From Lepidodermella squamata (Eukaryota; Animalia; Gastrotricha), in NCBI GenBank assembly GCA_047495785.1, contig JBLDXI010000045.1, positions 558,001-622,000 of the forward strand: DNA of 64,000 nucleotides, given 5' to 3'. This document shows, piece by piece, positions 1-15,200 of this stretch (position 1 is the first letter of the stretch; every line of letters starts with the position of its first letter). Under the pieces are notes generated by a model. It saw nothing but the letters and a program-made list of their open reading frames with translations. It did not search any database and was not told the origin of the DNA. The position numbers and the translations under genes were made by a program.

Positions 1-129
1 TTCGGAGGCATTCAGTGTGACAAAAACGAGATTTTTAGATATGTAAACAAACAATCAGAATTTTGAGTTTCATGACAATAAATGGTGACGAATTACGAGC
101 AAAAAAATAAGGTCGAATGGTCAAATAAG

Positions 130-2727
130 TCAAGATCGAGGTGAGTTGCTAGCACCATTTATCGCTCCATTGATACCAGATATCGCTTGGGCGTATGCCT
201 GCGTTGCGGCTTGACGGGCCTCGGCCGCCCTCGTCAGCATCTCTCGAATCTGGCGCAGAATATCAGGCCTTCGATTCGCCAATTCAAGCGGCGACTCCCC
301 GGAAGCGCCAGTCGAAAGTGACGGATCAGCGTTGTTTCTGAGAAGAAAATCAACCGCCTCGAGTCGATTCCACTCCACGGCTGTGTAAAGCGGGCGTTGG
401 TAGTCGAAATCGTGGGTGTTCACATCGGCCCCGGCTGTTACCCAGGCCTCGAGTTGACTGACGTCGTTCTGGGCTGCTAAACTGCACAACTCGTGAGACA
501 ACTGCGTCGGCATCATATGCAAGTGAGCTCCCTTAAAATAACAACAAATAACAGTTATGTATCGAACGCTTCAGTGAACCAGCCCTAAATGCGATAAGGC
601 AAAAGCTGACAATGGTTTGGTGCGACCCTAATTAATATTGCACGCTGTCTGAACTAGATAACTATTTACAAGAGTTATCTAGAAATTTTGACGTGCCAGG
701 AAAATAACTCACAACAGTAAATAATACTCACCCCTCGTCTCAGCAATTCGATGATTTGAAGATGCCGACCTCGAACGGCATCTATTAAGGCGGTGTTTCC
801 GAAACGATCTCGGGCGTGGACTGGCGAGCCACGCTCGAGTAAAAATTTCACGCAGTCAGTCGAGCCGTGGCCTGAGGCAACGTGTAGCGGTGTCCGGTTG
901 TCATAATCCATCGTGGCGACCGAAGCACCCATCTCAACCATTGATTTCAAAACCCGAATATTATTATCTAAAATTTAAAAAAAAATCAAATGAAGAACTA
1001 ATAATTACAGCCAATTTCTCACCTTTCGCAGCCATGCACATGAGCGAAGGGTAAAGAGACTTGACCAAAACTTCCATGTCTTGCGACGAGCTGAAATTAA
1101 GGCCAAGTGAAGCCACAACACGGTGTAGGACATGACGCCGATCTGAGCTGTCACTCAGCGCCGAAGCGTCTTTACAATGCAGTTCGCCTCGTAGAGACCG
1201 CTGCAACATTTCTCGCTTAGTCGGCAAATCCCACTCATCCTTGCCGAGTACGTAGCTCAATTTCATCAAGGCACATTCTGGGGTCATATCATAGCCAGGC
1301 GTCACCCCCGCATCGATCAGCGCCCGCCCGGTTGCATAGAACGGCTCGACACCGCCCTTGTAACACTGAGTAATATTCAAAAATATCACACCTCGTTCTG
1401 ACGCTTCACGTATTGCTTTCAAAATATCAGCTCGAGAGTCAGGCCCATTCCCAGCGCCGTAGGTTTGAAGCACAATGCCTTTGATAGGCGGGCGGCAGAA
1501 GGCCTCGATCGTCTCAGCGGTCAACGTTGGGAACAATCTGAGCAAGGCGACATTTTGCGACATTCGCTTTTCGACCAGAAATTTTTCAAGAGCATTTTGA
1601 TTAAACAGCCCGGACCAATTCACAGTAATATCGACCTCAACCTCGGCCAGAGGCGTGCAGTTGGGAGACGCGAACGCACCGAAATTTGATGTGTGACACT
1701 TTGTAGCACAGCCTAAATGAGAAAATGACATAAAATCGATAATTTGTCACAGAGGAAAAACTTACAGCCTCTGAATAACTTATTAGAGAAGAAGATACAC
1801 ACTTCGGGGATACAGTAGTTCGCCGCAAGAGTTAGCGCTGCCAAAAAATTCGCCCTTCCATCACTCAGCGTCTCAAAAATAGGGATTTGTGAGCCAGTCA
1901 AGATGACAGGTTTCCCCAAATTTTCCAGCATGAATGCAAGCGCTGATGCCGTGTAAGCCATTGTGTCAGTGCCGTGCAGGACCACAAAGCCACTGTATTC
2001 TTCGTAGTGTGCCTTAATATCAGACGCGATTTTGATGTAGTCGGCCAGCACCATGTTGGAAGAGTCAAGCAGCGGGCTGTATTCGTAAACCGTGAATAAA
2101 ATCCTGCGGCCCTTCTTGTCCTCTGGCATAGCCAACAAATTGTACTCGATACTTCTATCAGAATTGATATGTGAGCCGACTTGAACAGGGGAGGCATTTG
2201 CGTATAAGAATGCAGTGTCGTCATTCGTTGCTTCGACAGGTGATGAGAGATCGCTAGCTAGAGCTTCTTGGTATGCTTTCGCAAAAATTGGGTCGTTAAA
2301 AATGGGTTGCTGGCATAGCTGATCTGTCAAATAGTTCGCTTTCGGTACATAAACACCGTTCTCAACTTTCATTCCCACAGTTCCTAAACAAAGCATTTTA
2401 ATAGAAATAAATAATTCGATTTCGCATAAATATACCTCCAGTATAAATAACCATAACCTTGGCAATTCGCTCCAATGAAAACTTCGGCATAGCAACTTTA
2501 GGTTTCTTCCGTACATTTGCAGACATCTCCGCGTCGAAACTGTTCATTCTTATCACAGATCGATTCAAATTGGGAGAAGTCGGCTCGCTATTTAGAGTAC
2601 TTTCTGATACTTGCTGAAGAGCTGGTACTGCAGCGGAAGGAGCATTCGATTCCGAAGCACCTTCGGAAGCAGGTCGATGAAGACGTTTCATTGGTCCATT
2701 AGTTGCAACTCTCTTAGTATCAAACAT
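130..2727 (-). CDS. ASPG: L-asparaginase (type I) with C-terminal ankyrin repeats / 60-kDa lysophospholipase; 5 exons (2436-2727, 1766-2383, 1023-1712, 732-967, 130-531)
   Basis: The spliced product has YTGGTVGM, LLDSSNM, HGTDTMAY, TGSQIP, FASPN and TYGAGNGP asparaginase motifs, then ankyrin repeats (DYDNRTPLHVAS, DRFGNTAL). All GT-AG junctions keep frame. Confidence 0.95.
555..697 (-). ncRNA. Box H/ACA snoRNA, copy 1, in the last ASPG intron (532-731); candidate guide for the 18S site equivalent to human Psi1367
   Basis: Hairpin-H box (AUAUUA)-hairpin-ACA+3 nt layout. The 5' pocket (AAUU / UCAGACA) is complementary to conserved 18S UGUCUGG-UU-AAUU. Paralogous to three copies at 3090-3858. 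Confidence 0.8.
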
Positions 2728-3089
2728 ATCTAGATACGTCGAGAGCAGCGGGAAAGATATAAATTATGAAAAAAACAGGCACGCGAAACGTTGCATGAAA
2801 GATTAGGTCAATTACACTCAACGTGATGTTGCATGTTAAGCGAAAAAAAACGAATACTCTAGATCCAACTACCATGATGCTATAAAAAATACTAATGCAT
2901 TCCGGGTGTTAATGCTCAAGTGAGCTAAGAGAATTGTAAGAAATGGTGGTGCGGTTTCAAGCCAAAATGGTGTAGTAAAATGCTTTAGTGAATCTCAATT
3001 CATGATTTTCCAATTCCCAATTCCCAGTTCTCGATGCAGCCGCCAATTCCGAACCATCGCCAATACCTAATAGAAAAGATAAAAGAGTG

Positions 3090-3238
3090 AATTGTAGCGA
3101 ACGCTTCAGTGAACCAGCCCTACGTGCAAAGCAAAGGCTAACAATGGTTTGGTTTGCATTTCAATATCGCGCGTTGTCTGAGCCCAGTAGCGATTTCTAA
3201 CCAGAGTTAGCAACGCCACGAGGCTGATTAAACGCGCA
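3090..3238 (-). ncRNA. Box H/ACA snoRNA, copy 2 (intron 3067-3273); H box degenerate
   Basis: Shares the 3' hairpin (AAACCAUUG...GGUUCACUGAAGCGUUCGCU-ACA) and the CAGACA pocket. The H-box position reads AUAUUG, which is imperfect. Confidence 0.7.
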
Positions 3239-3402
3239 GAGAGTTTTCAATGGAGACATAAACGGAAAAATACCTTTTAGAGTGTGCACTTTCATAGTTC
3301 GTTGGAACTTGTCGACGATAACACATAATATCGCAGAGTTTACGACCCACGAAAATTTTCAGTTGGCCACGATATCCACTGAGAACCTGAAAGAAAATTA
3401 CA

Positions 3403-3552
3403 ATATGTAAGCGACGCTTCAGTGAACCAGCCTTAAGTGCTAGGCAAGGGCTGACAATGGTTTGGTTGCTTCATTAATCTAGCGCGCTGTCTGAACCTGG
3501 TAGCGGTAAAGGTATCAAAATGACTCCCGGCTACCAAGGAATTAGACGCGCC
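3403..3552 (-). ncRNA. Box H/ACA snoRNA, copy 3 (intron 3387-3590)
   Basis: H box AGAUUA, terminal ACA, conserved pockets and compensatory changes in the upper stems. Confidence 0.8.
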
Positions 3553-3709
3553 ACAAGAAATAATTGCACGAAATTATTGGCTTGACTTACATTTTGTCAG
3601 CATTTATCCAGCAACAAACAACGATATTTCGACCCGTAATTGTTGTCGCGTATCCTCGACAAAGGCTAAGTGTACAACCTTAGTGGGCTGCACCTGGAAA
3701 CAAAAATTA

Positions 3710-3858
3710 AATTGTAGCGAACGCTTCAGTGAACCAGCCCTAAATGCTTTGCAAAAGCTGACAATGGTTTAGTGCGCCCTTTAGTGTTGCGCGCTGTCTG
3801 AGCCTGATAACGGTGATGATTAAACAAATAATCACGTTACCATGCAATTATACGCGCT
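3710..3858 (-). ncRNA. Box H/ACA snoRNA, copy 4 (intron 3694-3899)
   Basis: H box ACACUA lies 14 nt from the top of the 5' pocket. Terminal ACA-AUU. Stems GCGCG/CGCGC and CAGCUUU/AGGGCUG. Confidence 0.8.
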
Positions 3859-5060
3859 ATTTACTAGTTGATTGTTCCAAACGATTGAGAATGACAAACC
3901 TTCATTCGGTAGATGTGATGTGCACCATGAAAAGCTGTTAACAGCAGCAGCTTGAAGCTTAGCTATTCAACTGTATATCGCTTAACAATGAATGATGGAT
4001 AATGGCTGCTTCCAAAGGAGCCTTCGAAGGACATCAAGAGCAATGATCATACAGCTACGAGTAAAGGTTTAATGATGAACTGAAGAGAAGGCATGATTAG
4101 AATACTGTAGTTGCACCCTCGCGAGCTATGGGCCGATCGACGTGCCACGTGGTTCAGCGGAGAGGACGAAAGCATGCTTTTCCTAAGGAGGTTATCTTTG
4201 GAATGAGCCCAAAACAGCTGATGCAACACCTTAAACGAGCAACCCACCCTAAAAACTTTTTAACTTTATAATTAAATAATTCATCAAATCTTTTTATTTA
4301 TAATAAAAATAATTAAAAATAGCAATGCATTTATTTGCAATATTATATGTTTGAAAAATATTTGAATATTTCGGTTGGGAGGGGTTCGCGGTGTTTTTGA
4401 ACTTATTTGGTCGTAATAGTGCTGCAACCTGACTATAGCTCTGAGCCAAGTTTCTTCTTCTAATCACCGGTTACTTTTTGAAGGAATAGCAATGCACCTG
4501 GTTGACATTTTATCAAATTAATCTCAGCTTTCCATTGAAACGGGAAACGGTATCACAGTGGAACCAAATAGGGAATGTCGGAAACGTCGATACATCTACT
4601 GCTCCTGTTTTTTCATTCAATTAAAATTGCTGTGCATTATTTTTGCTGACCTGAAAGAATTTAGCTGCCAGCTTTTTTGAACTTACTAATCGCATAATTC
4701 CAATATGTGCCCAGGATTGAAGTTTTCGGCATTGAGGTTGAGGCGCCTGGCGACCATAAGCACCCAGCATGTTTTCATATTTAATATCGCTGTCTCGGGG
4801 ATACTTACTTATCTCCTTCAAGATTATTTCAATTTTTGCTGCTACTTGGGATCCTACGAAAACGCCGTAGTTATTGGTTGCTATTAGCTCGATGCACGAC
4901 TCGTTATAGCTGAAGTGCAATGCTCCATAATGATAATTCGTTCATAATTTTACATTTGTTAACTAAAAAGCTTGATATCGCTGACAACACGAAAACAAGA
5001 TACTATGCAGCTGGAAGTAACGAAATTTGTTTATCCCGTTATTTATAGGACATTTATTAA

Positions 5061-6210
<1,150 letters not shown>

Positions 6211-7333
6211 CCGCCAGCACGTGTAAATACGCACGATTTTAGTCAATGCGCTCTCTCATTCTAGTGATGAATTTTTCGGTTTTAATAATGTTCATTCGAT
6301 GATTTTCGGTTACTTTTCTGTGAAAAAGCAGCGCTTTGCTCAAAAAGCATCAGAATAACTGTTTATATACCTACATATATATATTGAATTTTGACTACCC
6401 GACGATATACGCTAACTTGAGCTGCCATAGCTTACAATCGGGATGACAAGACGAGAAACAAAAATCGATTTATACTTTTACCATCAATATGAATTATTAC
6501 GAGAATCACGCTGTTTTTTAAATTTATCATCATCATCATATTCAAGCTGTAATGATAATGATAACGTTATTATTGCTACTGTTCTACTTTGTCTACATTA
6601 TCGATCGAACAACCGATCCACTTTCGATGATCGGTTTCAGCGTATCGGACAGGCACTAAATCGTTCTCTCTCTCTTTGAAATGAAACCTGCACAATGCCA
6701 TGCCTGTTTTTGATGTTTTCGTTGCGTATTGAATTTGATAATAAAATCAGTCATTTTCTCAGTTGATTATTTTGAGCGTTCATGTTGGGTTACTTATGAA
6801 AGGAACATTCGAGCTTTGACACTACAGCTTGAGCTCATGAGTGACAAATCGAAGTCAAATTACCAAATCGAAAGCGATTCATTGCAGAATAGCAGCAGTC
6901 AACTCGAAGTTACTGAGCTCTCTTCGCGCTGACTGGGTCACAATTCGGTACACGTTGAATAGAACCATAACATTGGAGTGGAGGGATAGCCATCAATGAC
7001 ATGATGCAGTTGTCACGTATTTAATCGATAGAATATTTTCCGATTTGCTCATCATCTGATGTCCTCAAGCGTTAAAATATGAATGTCCACTGTTCTCCTT
7101 TTCCCGGAATAGCCCGCTTGAAATCCAAGGAGGAACCGCGCCGTTCGAACAAAACGGTTATCCGAGTAAATACATACAACTATAGGTACTGCTGAACGAT
7201 AATTTGATATTGGTACGAGATGCAATCGCAACAAAAATTCGAATATGGCCAGTTCAGATCTAACTACAGACCAGTTACGAATGCTGCATCGATTTACGCG
7301 AGGAATTCTACAAACACTATTTCAAGATAGGTA

Positions 7334-7735
7334 CCGTAAATGTTGAAATACTAGCCCGGGCTTCTAGATTTTCAATATCCAAAAAGGGTGGGCTTCTATT
7401 CGAGATGGGCTAATAGAAATAAGTAAAGGGCAACCGTTCTAACTTTATTCATCTTCTAAGAACATTTCCGCCTCATCGTTGCTGTAATCACACTTATTCA
7501 TAGGATCTCCTTCATCATTTGAATCATTTTCATTTTGCTGAGATGAAGCTATAGAATCACTTGTTTTGGCAAAAAATGAGTCAACCGAGTCGCTTTGCTA
7601 TAGCCGTACAAATTTACGTAATAGCCTGGGCTTCTATTCGAGGAGAGCGTATGGGTCAATGTATCGTTGCTTGGGTGGGCCTCTATACGAGATGGGCTAA
7701 AATTCGCGAATAGGCTAGTATTTGAAAATTTACGG
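7334..7735. mobile_element. Tc1/mariner-pogo type MITE, ~400 bp
   Basis: TA target duplication. TIRs CCGTAAATGTTGAAATACTAGCC / GGCTAGTATTTGAAAATTTACGG. Internal repeats of GGGCTTCTATTCGAG. Confidence 0.85.
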
Positions 7736-10700
7736 TATAAGTGATATATTCTGCGACTTCCAAGCTATCTTACCAAAGCGGGACCATGCCAAGATAATTT
7801 TAGGTACGCATATCGCCAATAGCTAACATTTCCTGTTTTCACAGAGTTCTGTTTTGAGATTGAGTTTCAATAAACAAGAAACTGAATTTCAAATGGTGGA
7901 TACTAAAGATTATTTCTCAGAATTTCTAAGATTTTGGCAAATTGTTGAATTCACGCTAAAATTGAACTAAAATTAAGTTTTTTTTACACTTGCACCTATG
8001 TCGAATCGAGCCGCCTAAATCGTCGCCAACGATATATATCAGCAACGGCCACTTCTTGAATCTCATAAGATTCAAATTACACGATGCCCTCTATCAACTC
8101 TATCAAGATTTGACCTCATCAAATTAAGTGGACCAATAAAGGCGGACACGCGTACAGGTGCGTCTGTGTTTGCGCCGTGTCTCGGAGGTGCCGGTGTTTG
8201 TTTGCCGTAGACACGAAGCCGCGAACTTCGATCGGGCGTCGCATTAAGGCGGAAGGCCGGCCATGTGATCGGCGCAACACTATAGGCAACAATAGTAGTC
8301 GGCCCGGCTTTACGACGCCTAATTAGGCTCACAGCAACCATCGTCATCATCATCTCACAACAAAAGCGCATCGACACGAGAGAGCGAAAGAGAGAAGAGT
8401 CATCGTAAAATGAGGCTAATGTCATCGATGGAGACGCTGATGCTTTTTCACTTTGTTAAAGGTGCTGCCACCATTTTGCGCTGTTTTGTGTATCTGTTTT
8501 CCGGATCATATAGCAATAAGATTTCGCGCACGCTTTCGTATAATATAATTTCGCCGCCGTTATATGACCGGCAGCAACAGGTTTTGTTGACCCCATCATC
8601 TTTGATTTTCCAAGTCAAAATTTGCGCGTGTGCGTGTTCAACAACGCGAACCGCCGCCACGCGCTGGAAGCAATAAGAAGACATCTCGCTTTCCGTATTA
8701 TTATTATTTCTTAATAATTATACTTTGTGTTAAAACGTGTGCGCTCGCTCGTGTTCCTGGTTTCGCATTTTACACCGCCGTTTCGCAGTTTCATATCTTT
8801 CTAATATTGAATTAATATATATAACGCGGCCTCATATATCTATGGCGCATCTGAGCCGGAAACACTCGGCCGAGCCAGCTTTCAGTCTATTAACGTTGTT
8901 TTGTTTGGTGTCTTGTTGTCACGGCTATTAAGTTTACTAATAGCTTCGAAGAGGCTTTGTTTCTGCCTACTCAGCTGTCAAAAAAATATTCAGTTTCGAG
9001 CTGCAACACACAAAACATAACTGCTCATTTTTCGTTGAGTATCAGTTACCGATGATGCCAACAAAAGATAATAAAGAGCCCGAGAGTTAAGTTTTTTGTT
9101 TATCCTTTTATATAAGCCATTATCGTCGTATCGTTATGATCGCTTATTTACGATGAAGGCATATAGCAGTAGCCGTTAATTTGACCACTGGCGAAATGCC
9201 ACAAGGTGACACAAATGTACCCGTGGCAATCGAAAATATACCGAACCGCGCAGCGCTGGTGCATCGCGGAATTCTACCTATTATTTCTCCACCACCACCA
9301 CCACCAGCGCAAAAGAGGCTACCTTTTGTGTTTTTTATATAAGCGCTTTGTTTTGATAAATATTTTTGCGCACATTCTTTATTACAGTATTTACCGGCCG
9401 ATAAAAACAGATGGCTCGATGATGAGTGGGATCGGCGTTTATTATCTTTTTTTACGCCGCGCGCCCTCTTCATCCCAGCCGATATAACATTCAATTTTTC
9501 TCCACTGGTCGATTTAGAAAACATATTATATCGCAAGGTAAATAATAATAACACGCCTTATAGCTGTAAGCACGCGAAAAACGCATCGTCTTAAATAAGC
9601 GTCGGGACGGGCAATAAATCAGCTCAACCGGTCAGTTAAAACAAGGCTAATTTCGTTTTAATGAATTTATTTACCTTGATCGCATTCGTAAAGACTTTTT
9701 ACAATAACAATGCCATTGTCTTAAGGTATAAATTGCGTTTTTGATCTCGCAATCACGCCTTAAAAATTGCGCGCGCGCACGCAGGTAAAAGCGCGTGTAG
9801 TAAAAAGCTTCATTCAGCGAATTGAAAACCATTGTAATTTATCGAAGTGTAAAACTCGACCCTGACGATGATTATTAGCGCGGTTTATTTTCGCGGCAAT
9901 CATCATCGTAATTTAGGTGTTGAGACCAATGCTTGTGTTGTATGCTATATTATGTTATAAAGCCGTCAATTTGTGGTTACGGCTAGGGTTAGATCCAAAA
10001 CGCACGCTTCGGCTTGATCCCGCTGTCTCGGCAATAATCCGCCCCAACAATAATGCCGTCGTAAGCGTCTGCGAACCGTCAAAATTTCTAAACAAACACT
10101 AATATAATGAAAACGCCTTGATTTATTAGGCTGCGCGCGCTTTTCGAAAATTTCGCGCAATACCCGATTTTTTTATTGACAAGTGCCGACACATGCGAGC
10201 ACGAGTTTTGTGTTTACGTCATGTTCATGTCGTCTTAATACCGGAAATATTACCTTAATAAAACAAGGTTTGATATTATATTGTTATTTATACATTGTAC
10301 AGCCTTAAAACTCGTGCCAGTTTGCTACCTATCTGCCTACCATCAACCAACCAACGTCGAGTGGCCACCAACGTTCGTGTTGTGGCGTTTTATAGGGTTC
10401 GCAAAACGACGTCGTTGCGTGAGCAAACGACCTGTTGTAGTATACACCGTTTTGTATGTATTTCCATTTTAGCAACTTTTCTTCGAAGACTGTTTTTCGT
10501 AAACACGCGCAGGAACAAAACGAGACTTGAGCTCAGTTTTCGCCAAAAATTATTGTATTAATAATGACTCGGTATTACTACTGCTGGACAAATTTAACGC
10601 GTCGTTTTCTACCTTGCTAGTAATATTATTACTACGATATCATGACAAATGTGACATCTAAACTAGCATTTTGCTACCTTGCGCGCGTATATTTGGTATT

Positions 10701-12221
10701 AGCATTTCATTACACGCACCCGCCTTTTTGCTGATGCGCTCCAACTTGAAATGAGTAGTTAGCACTAGCAGTAGTCGTGCGAAAAATGCGATATTTTATG
10801 ATGTATCATGTTTAAGAAGTAAACGTATAATAATTCCTTATATACTTTCCGTTTCACGCGTGCGCAGTGGGCAAACAAAAAATGAACTGCGGCTCGAGAT
10901 ACCAATGTCGCACATGACTTTTTGCGACACAAGGCTTTATTGGAGGTGTGACCTGCGCTCGCCTTTTAATGACACGAGCACACAAACGCGATGATTATTA
11001 CATTGCCGGCCGCGTTCTCAAATCTTCTTTTATTCGACCTGCGCCATGATAAGTCATATTAGTTGCTACAAAAATCTTGCGAATAATTTCGAACGCATTT
11101 TATTAGTTTTTTCCCCATTTCTAAATTATAAAATAATGTAATTTTCGCAAGTTTTGCATAATAATGAGGCATGAATTACTAGGGGCGGGAAATTGGTTTT
11201 GTTCATCGTGCAGTAAGGCGTCGCAATTAAAGACGGCTCAGCTTGAATTTTGTACCCGATCTAGTCTAGTTTCGGTGGTCGACTTCCCGCAGTGCTTGCA
11301 CCTGCAGGCATGCATGGACAACACTTCGTAAAACGGGCCCATTTTTACGATACCTGCTAACCGCATGGCAAATATTGTTTCGACACTCGGCCATTTAGAG
11401 CCGTGTTTTTTATTGTTGCTGTTACTATCATTTAGATACGATGACCTGTGCCCACTGCTGCCTGTGTTTAATAATGCATGTCGACATGCTTTGTTTTGTA
11501 TCAAACCCGTCTTTCCACGCGCTATTAGCGGAATACTCGGCCCTCTAAAATGTTGTAGTTTAGGCGATAAAAGTCAATAAAAATCTCGGCTCGCTCGAAA
11601 ATGCACAGAAGCACGGTGAAGCTTTATAAATTACATTCTAAAACAGCAGCAGAGCTAGTGCGCCGTGGTTGGAAATACGTAGTAGTAGCAGTAGTATGGC
11701 AACATGCAAACAAAAACAAAAATAAAACAAAAACAAATAACAGCGAAATATCGGCACAGACAACAGGCCTGTGATTTTTCGCGATAATTCGCCCGTCTTT
11801 TTTCGGACTCGCGCGCCCATAATGGCTTCTTGTTGAACATACAAGCTGCTGGGACATGCGACGGGTGACAGGCGACGGAAAACAAACATATATATGCGAT
11901 GATCGTATCTTCCTTATTATATTTTCTCGCCGTCAGCGGAGTGCTTTATAGATTTTATTACGCCGGTCATCGTCTTTTTATTGCGCGCTAAAATTTCTGC
12001 TCGCGCGTGTTTTGTTTCGAACGCGCCGGTTTTTTCGGCGTGGTGACCGCCGCGAGCGCGAGACAAAGGCCGTGCGCCTTGTTTTTTCTTCAATATACTT
12101 ACTTCCCATCCAATTTACGCGCATCAACTTTTTGTATTTTTCTTAGGTATTATCACACTTTTTTAAATTACTGGTATCGCACACTCGAGAGGGAGAACGT
12201 AAAAAAACTGTCGTAGTTATT

Positions 12222-15200
12222 ATGCGACTTGCACTGAATTTTCTGCTGATACTCGGCGTGCTGCCGGCCGTGATCACCGCCGCTTCGGTGAAATCGGTGG
12301 CCGAGTTGGATTTCAAACTAAAATCGACCATCGATAATCTGACAACGAGACCCGGCAAATTGCCAACCCCGCCGGTTACAACCCCGGGCCCGGGAACCCT
12401 ACCCGATTTCTACCCGTTCGGCCCTGAAGTTGGCGATGCGATGCTGCCGCGAGATGACGACGGCTTTTCTCCCGCTATCGAAATTCCAAGCGGGTTGCCT
12501 ACTTTCGCCTCGGTTCAGCAGCGGGCGTTTGTTAACACAAATGGAATGATTTCTTTCACAAATGGCATTAACGAGTACAAACCTCGACTATTTCCTATCA
12601 ATGGTACCGAATGGCTGATGCTGGCTATTTTTTGGACCGATGTCGATATCAGCCCGAACGACAAAAGCGGCACCGTTTACTACCGATCGGTGTTACCATC
12701 GGGTGATAAGTTCATTCTTGATCAGCTGACGTCGGAAATTCGGATTTACTTCCCGAATATGGTTCACTTCGAGGCTCAATTTGCGCTCATTGCTACTTGG
12801 GTCAAAATTGCGCCGTATCGAGCTCATTCTTACGGAATTTCTGACGATGCTCGAAACACCTTCCAAGCAACTCTGATCACCGATGGAAGACACAGCTTTG
12901 TTATTTACCGCTACCATGCTGTTGAATGGTCGTATCAGGTTCGTGAAATTTTTGGATTTTTATTCATCAAAAATATTATTCGAGTCAACTGTCTCGCGAT
13001 ATCAAAATTTCAAGCTTTCTTTCGGCTTAACATTTTAATTTTATGAAAGAAAATTGGCTCAGCTAGTCCAAAATTCAGCAATTATATTTTCGGAAAATTC
13101 GTTGCGGAATTATTTGCTAAAATCGCTTGAAAATCCTACTATAAATTTTGATAGCTTTTTAGGAGCCATTTTCTAATAGGTCGTATCCATAATCCATAAC
13201 CTGTATCTTTGAATGCAGAGAGCACTCAATTTTTTATTTGATTTCGGCACCAACATTGAAAATTTGCGTCAGATTAAACCTACTGTGGTTGCATTTGTAT
13301 CGCATAGTTTGAAGATGGGCGAAAGCTTTAAGATCACCGCCTAGCTTTAAAGTTAGGATAGGTTAGTATTAGAAAAGGTTGGTCATTGTTTGAAGCTGTA
13401 AATTTTACTTGAAATTGAATTTAGTTAATCATGACTTCATAATTCATAGAGATGAAGTTTCCAAAAATCCAGAAATGAGGCCAGTTAGGGTACCAGATCC
13501 CAACAAATTTACTGCCTTTTAACGGCCTAGGACCCGGCTGAAAGCTGATTGCTGATTGAAGCGCTTGTCAATGACAGTTAATGAAAGCGGTTATTTCTTC
13601 TCATTTTGAATAACCTGTGGCCTTAAAATTTAGTCAAAAAATCAAAAAATTATAATATTTTATTTTAATAAATATTTATGTTTTTCTTATTTTGTCATAG
13701 CTTTCGACGAAACTTACCTATGCGCAAGCTGGTGTTAATTCCGGCGACGGTCGTTGGGCAGCTGTCGATGGTTCCGGAACTTCAGCCATCGCCTCAGCCG
13801 CAACACGCCGATCAAACGTTGGCCGGCCTGGTGTATGGGCGTTCCGGATCGATCAAAATGCGGTCGTTCTATCAGAATGCCGACCTCTCCGCTCGAACCG
13901 ACGACCCCAATCCACGGCTTCCCTTCGCATTTTCCCGCCATGGATCCACTTCTCAGGGGATACAACGGTATCCCTAAGTGCTCCATGCCTCGATCTCACC
14001 ACGATTCAACGAGCTGATTGCCAATTAGCTGACCTTGTCAACGGAACAGTTTTAACCCAAAAAATTCCTGCAGTTTTCAGCATCCCAGACGGCTCTTCAG
14101 TCGGATCGCTTTCATGCCAAATACCCGCAATCCCATCATTCCCAACCAACGCAACAATCGGCCGGGATCAAAGTGTTCTGCTTAGGCTAATCGCAGTAGA
14201 TAAAAGCGGTAAGGAGTGGTCATTCGTCGGAAGTTTGAATGTTCTCATGACCGTTCAGCAACCTGACCGCAAGTTTCACATCAATGGCCTGGATCGCTTT
14301 ATCTGGAGCGGCCTCGAGGAGGTGAGACTTCGCTGGGACGCCTCGGCTAGCTTCGCCCAGCTTCAAGGTGCTAAACCGAAACTACGCTTCGAAGCCCTGG
14401 TTTTCACGGGAATGGTCCGAGATGGCCGGCTCCTGTCGACAGATGCCGAGGTTTTCCCGCTGGATGACACCCTACTAAGCCGGACAGTCTCGGCCGGATC
14501 TTCGCAATCGGCCTCTAACCCTGTGTTCTATTTGAAGGGTGAACAAACTGTTCGGCTTGACCTGCTAGAAGCCCGAATTTGGGAGAGAATTCCTCAGCAA
14601 TCTCCCGCGTTGATAATGGCATCCCCTGATAACCAAATCGATAATTCAGTCTACTTCCTGGATGGCGAGACTATTGTTAGCGGGACGAGTAGAGTGACTA
14701 GTAAAGTCCCACTCGGCGTTATTCTCCGCCTGATCGACCCAGCTGGCGGGACAAATTTCGCCCTAACAACTGGTCTAGGCGTTTATCGGTCATTTGCTGA
14801 ACACCCTGTTTTCGTTTGTGTTGACTGGATCAACCGAGAAATGGCTCGGCAATCTCAAGCCGCCCCGGAGGAGAGTATCACCTTCGGCAATCGAACCGCC
14901 CTCGGCTGCCCGCCGTTGGAGAGGCAAGCAACTGCCGACTTCCGATTTCAGGTCGATTCCCTCTGCAGGTCTGGCTCGACCTCGCCAGCGTTTTGCTCAG
15001 ATTTCAGGCCCTTCAAGTGCTACGAGCCTGTTGAATCTCGCGGCCATCTGTGTTGCTACTCGTCAGGCCGGCTTTGCCCGAATTGCGGTACGACAACGTT
15101 CGCATCGCCGACCTCGCGGCTGCTGGAGCACATTTTCAGCGATGTTTTTCCAACCATGTCGTGCTGCCCGTCCCTCACGCCGGGTAATTTGAATAAACAC

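Larger units (their letters stand above)
2760..4250 (-). ncRNA. Spliced, apparently non-coding snoRNA host transcript (or long multi-exon 5' leader of ASPG); ends approximate
   Basis: Three consecutive ~205-nt GT-AG introns each carry one snoRNA. Internal exon 3591-3693 has stop codons in all three frames. Confidence 0.6.

Noticed and set aside
560-660. The repeated GTGAACCAGCCCTAAA...GCTGAC element read as a SECIS, ribozyme, U17/snR30 or CRISPR repeat
   Set aside because: The SECIS helix geometry does not fit and no ribozyme core is present. AAACCAU is on the wrong side of the hairpin for U17 and the m1 motif is absent. The minus-strand H/ACA layout in introns explains all four copies.
8072-11889. 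Many 60-140-aa ORFs in the intergenic tracts, and antisense ORFs over real genes (e.g. 35242-36024)
   Set aside because: Low-complexity or shadow frames without domains or consistent splice structure.
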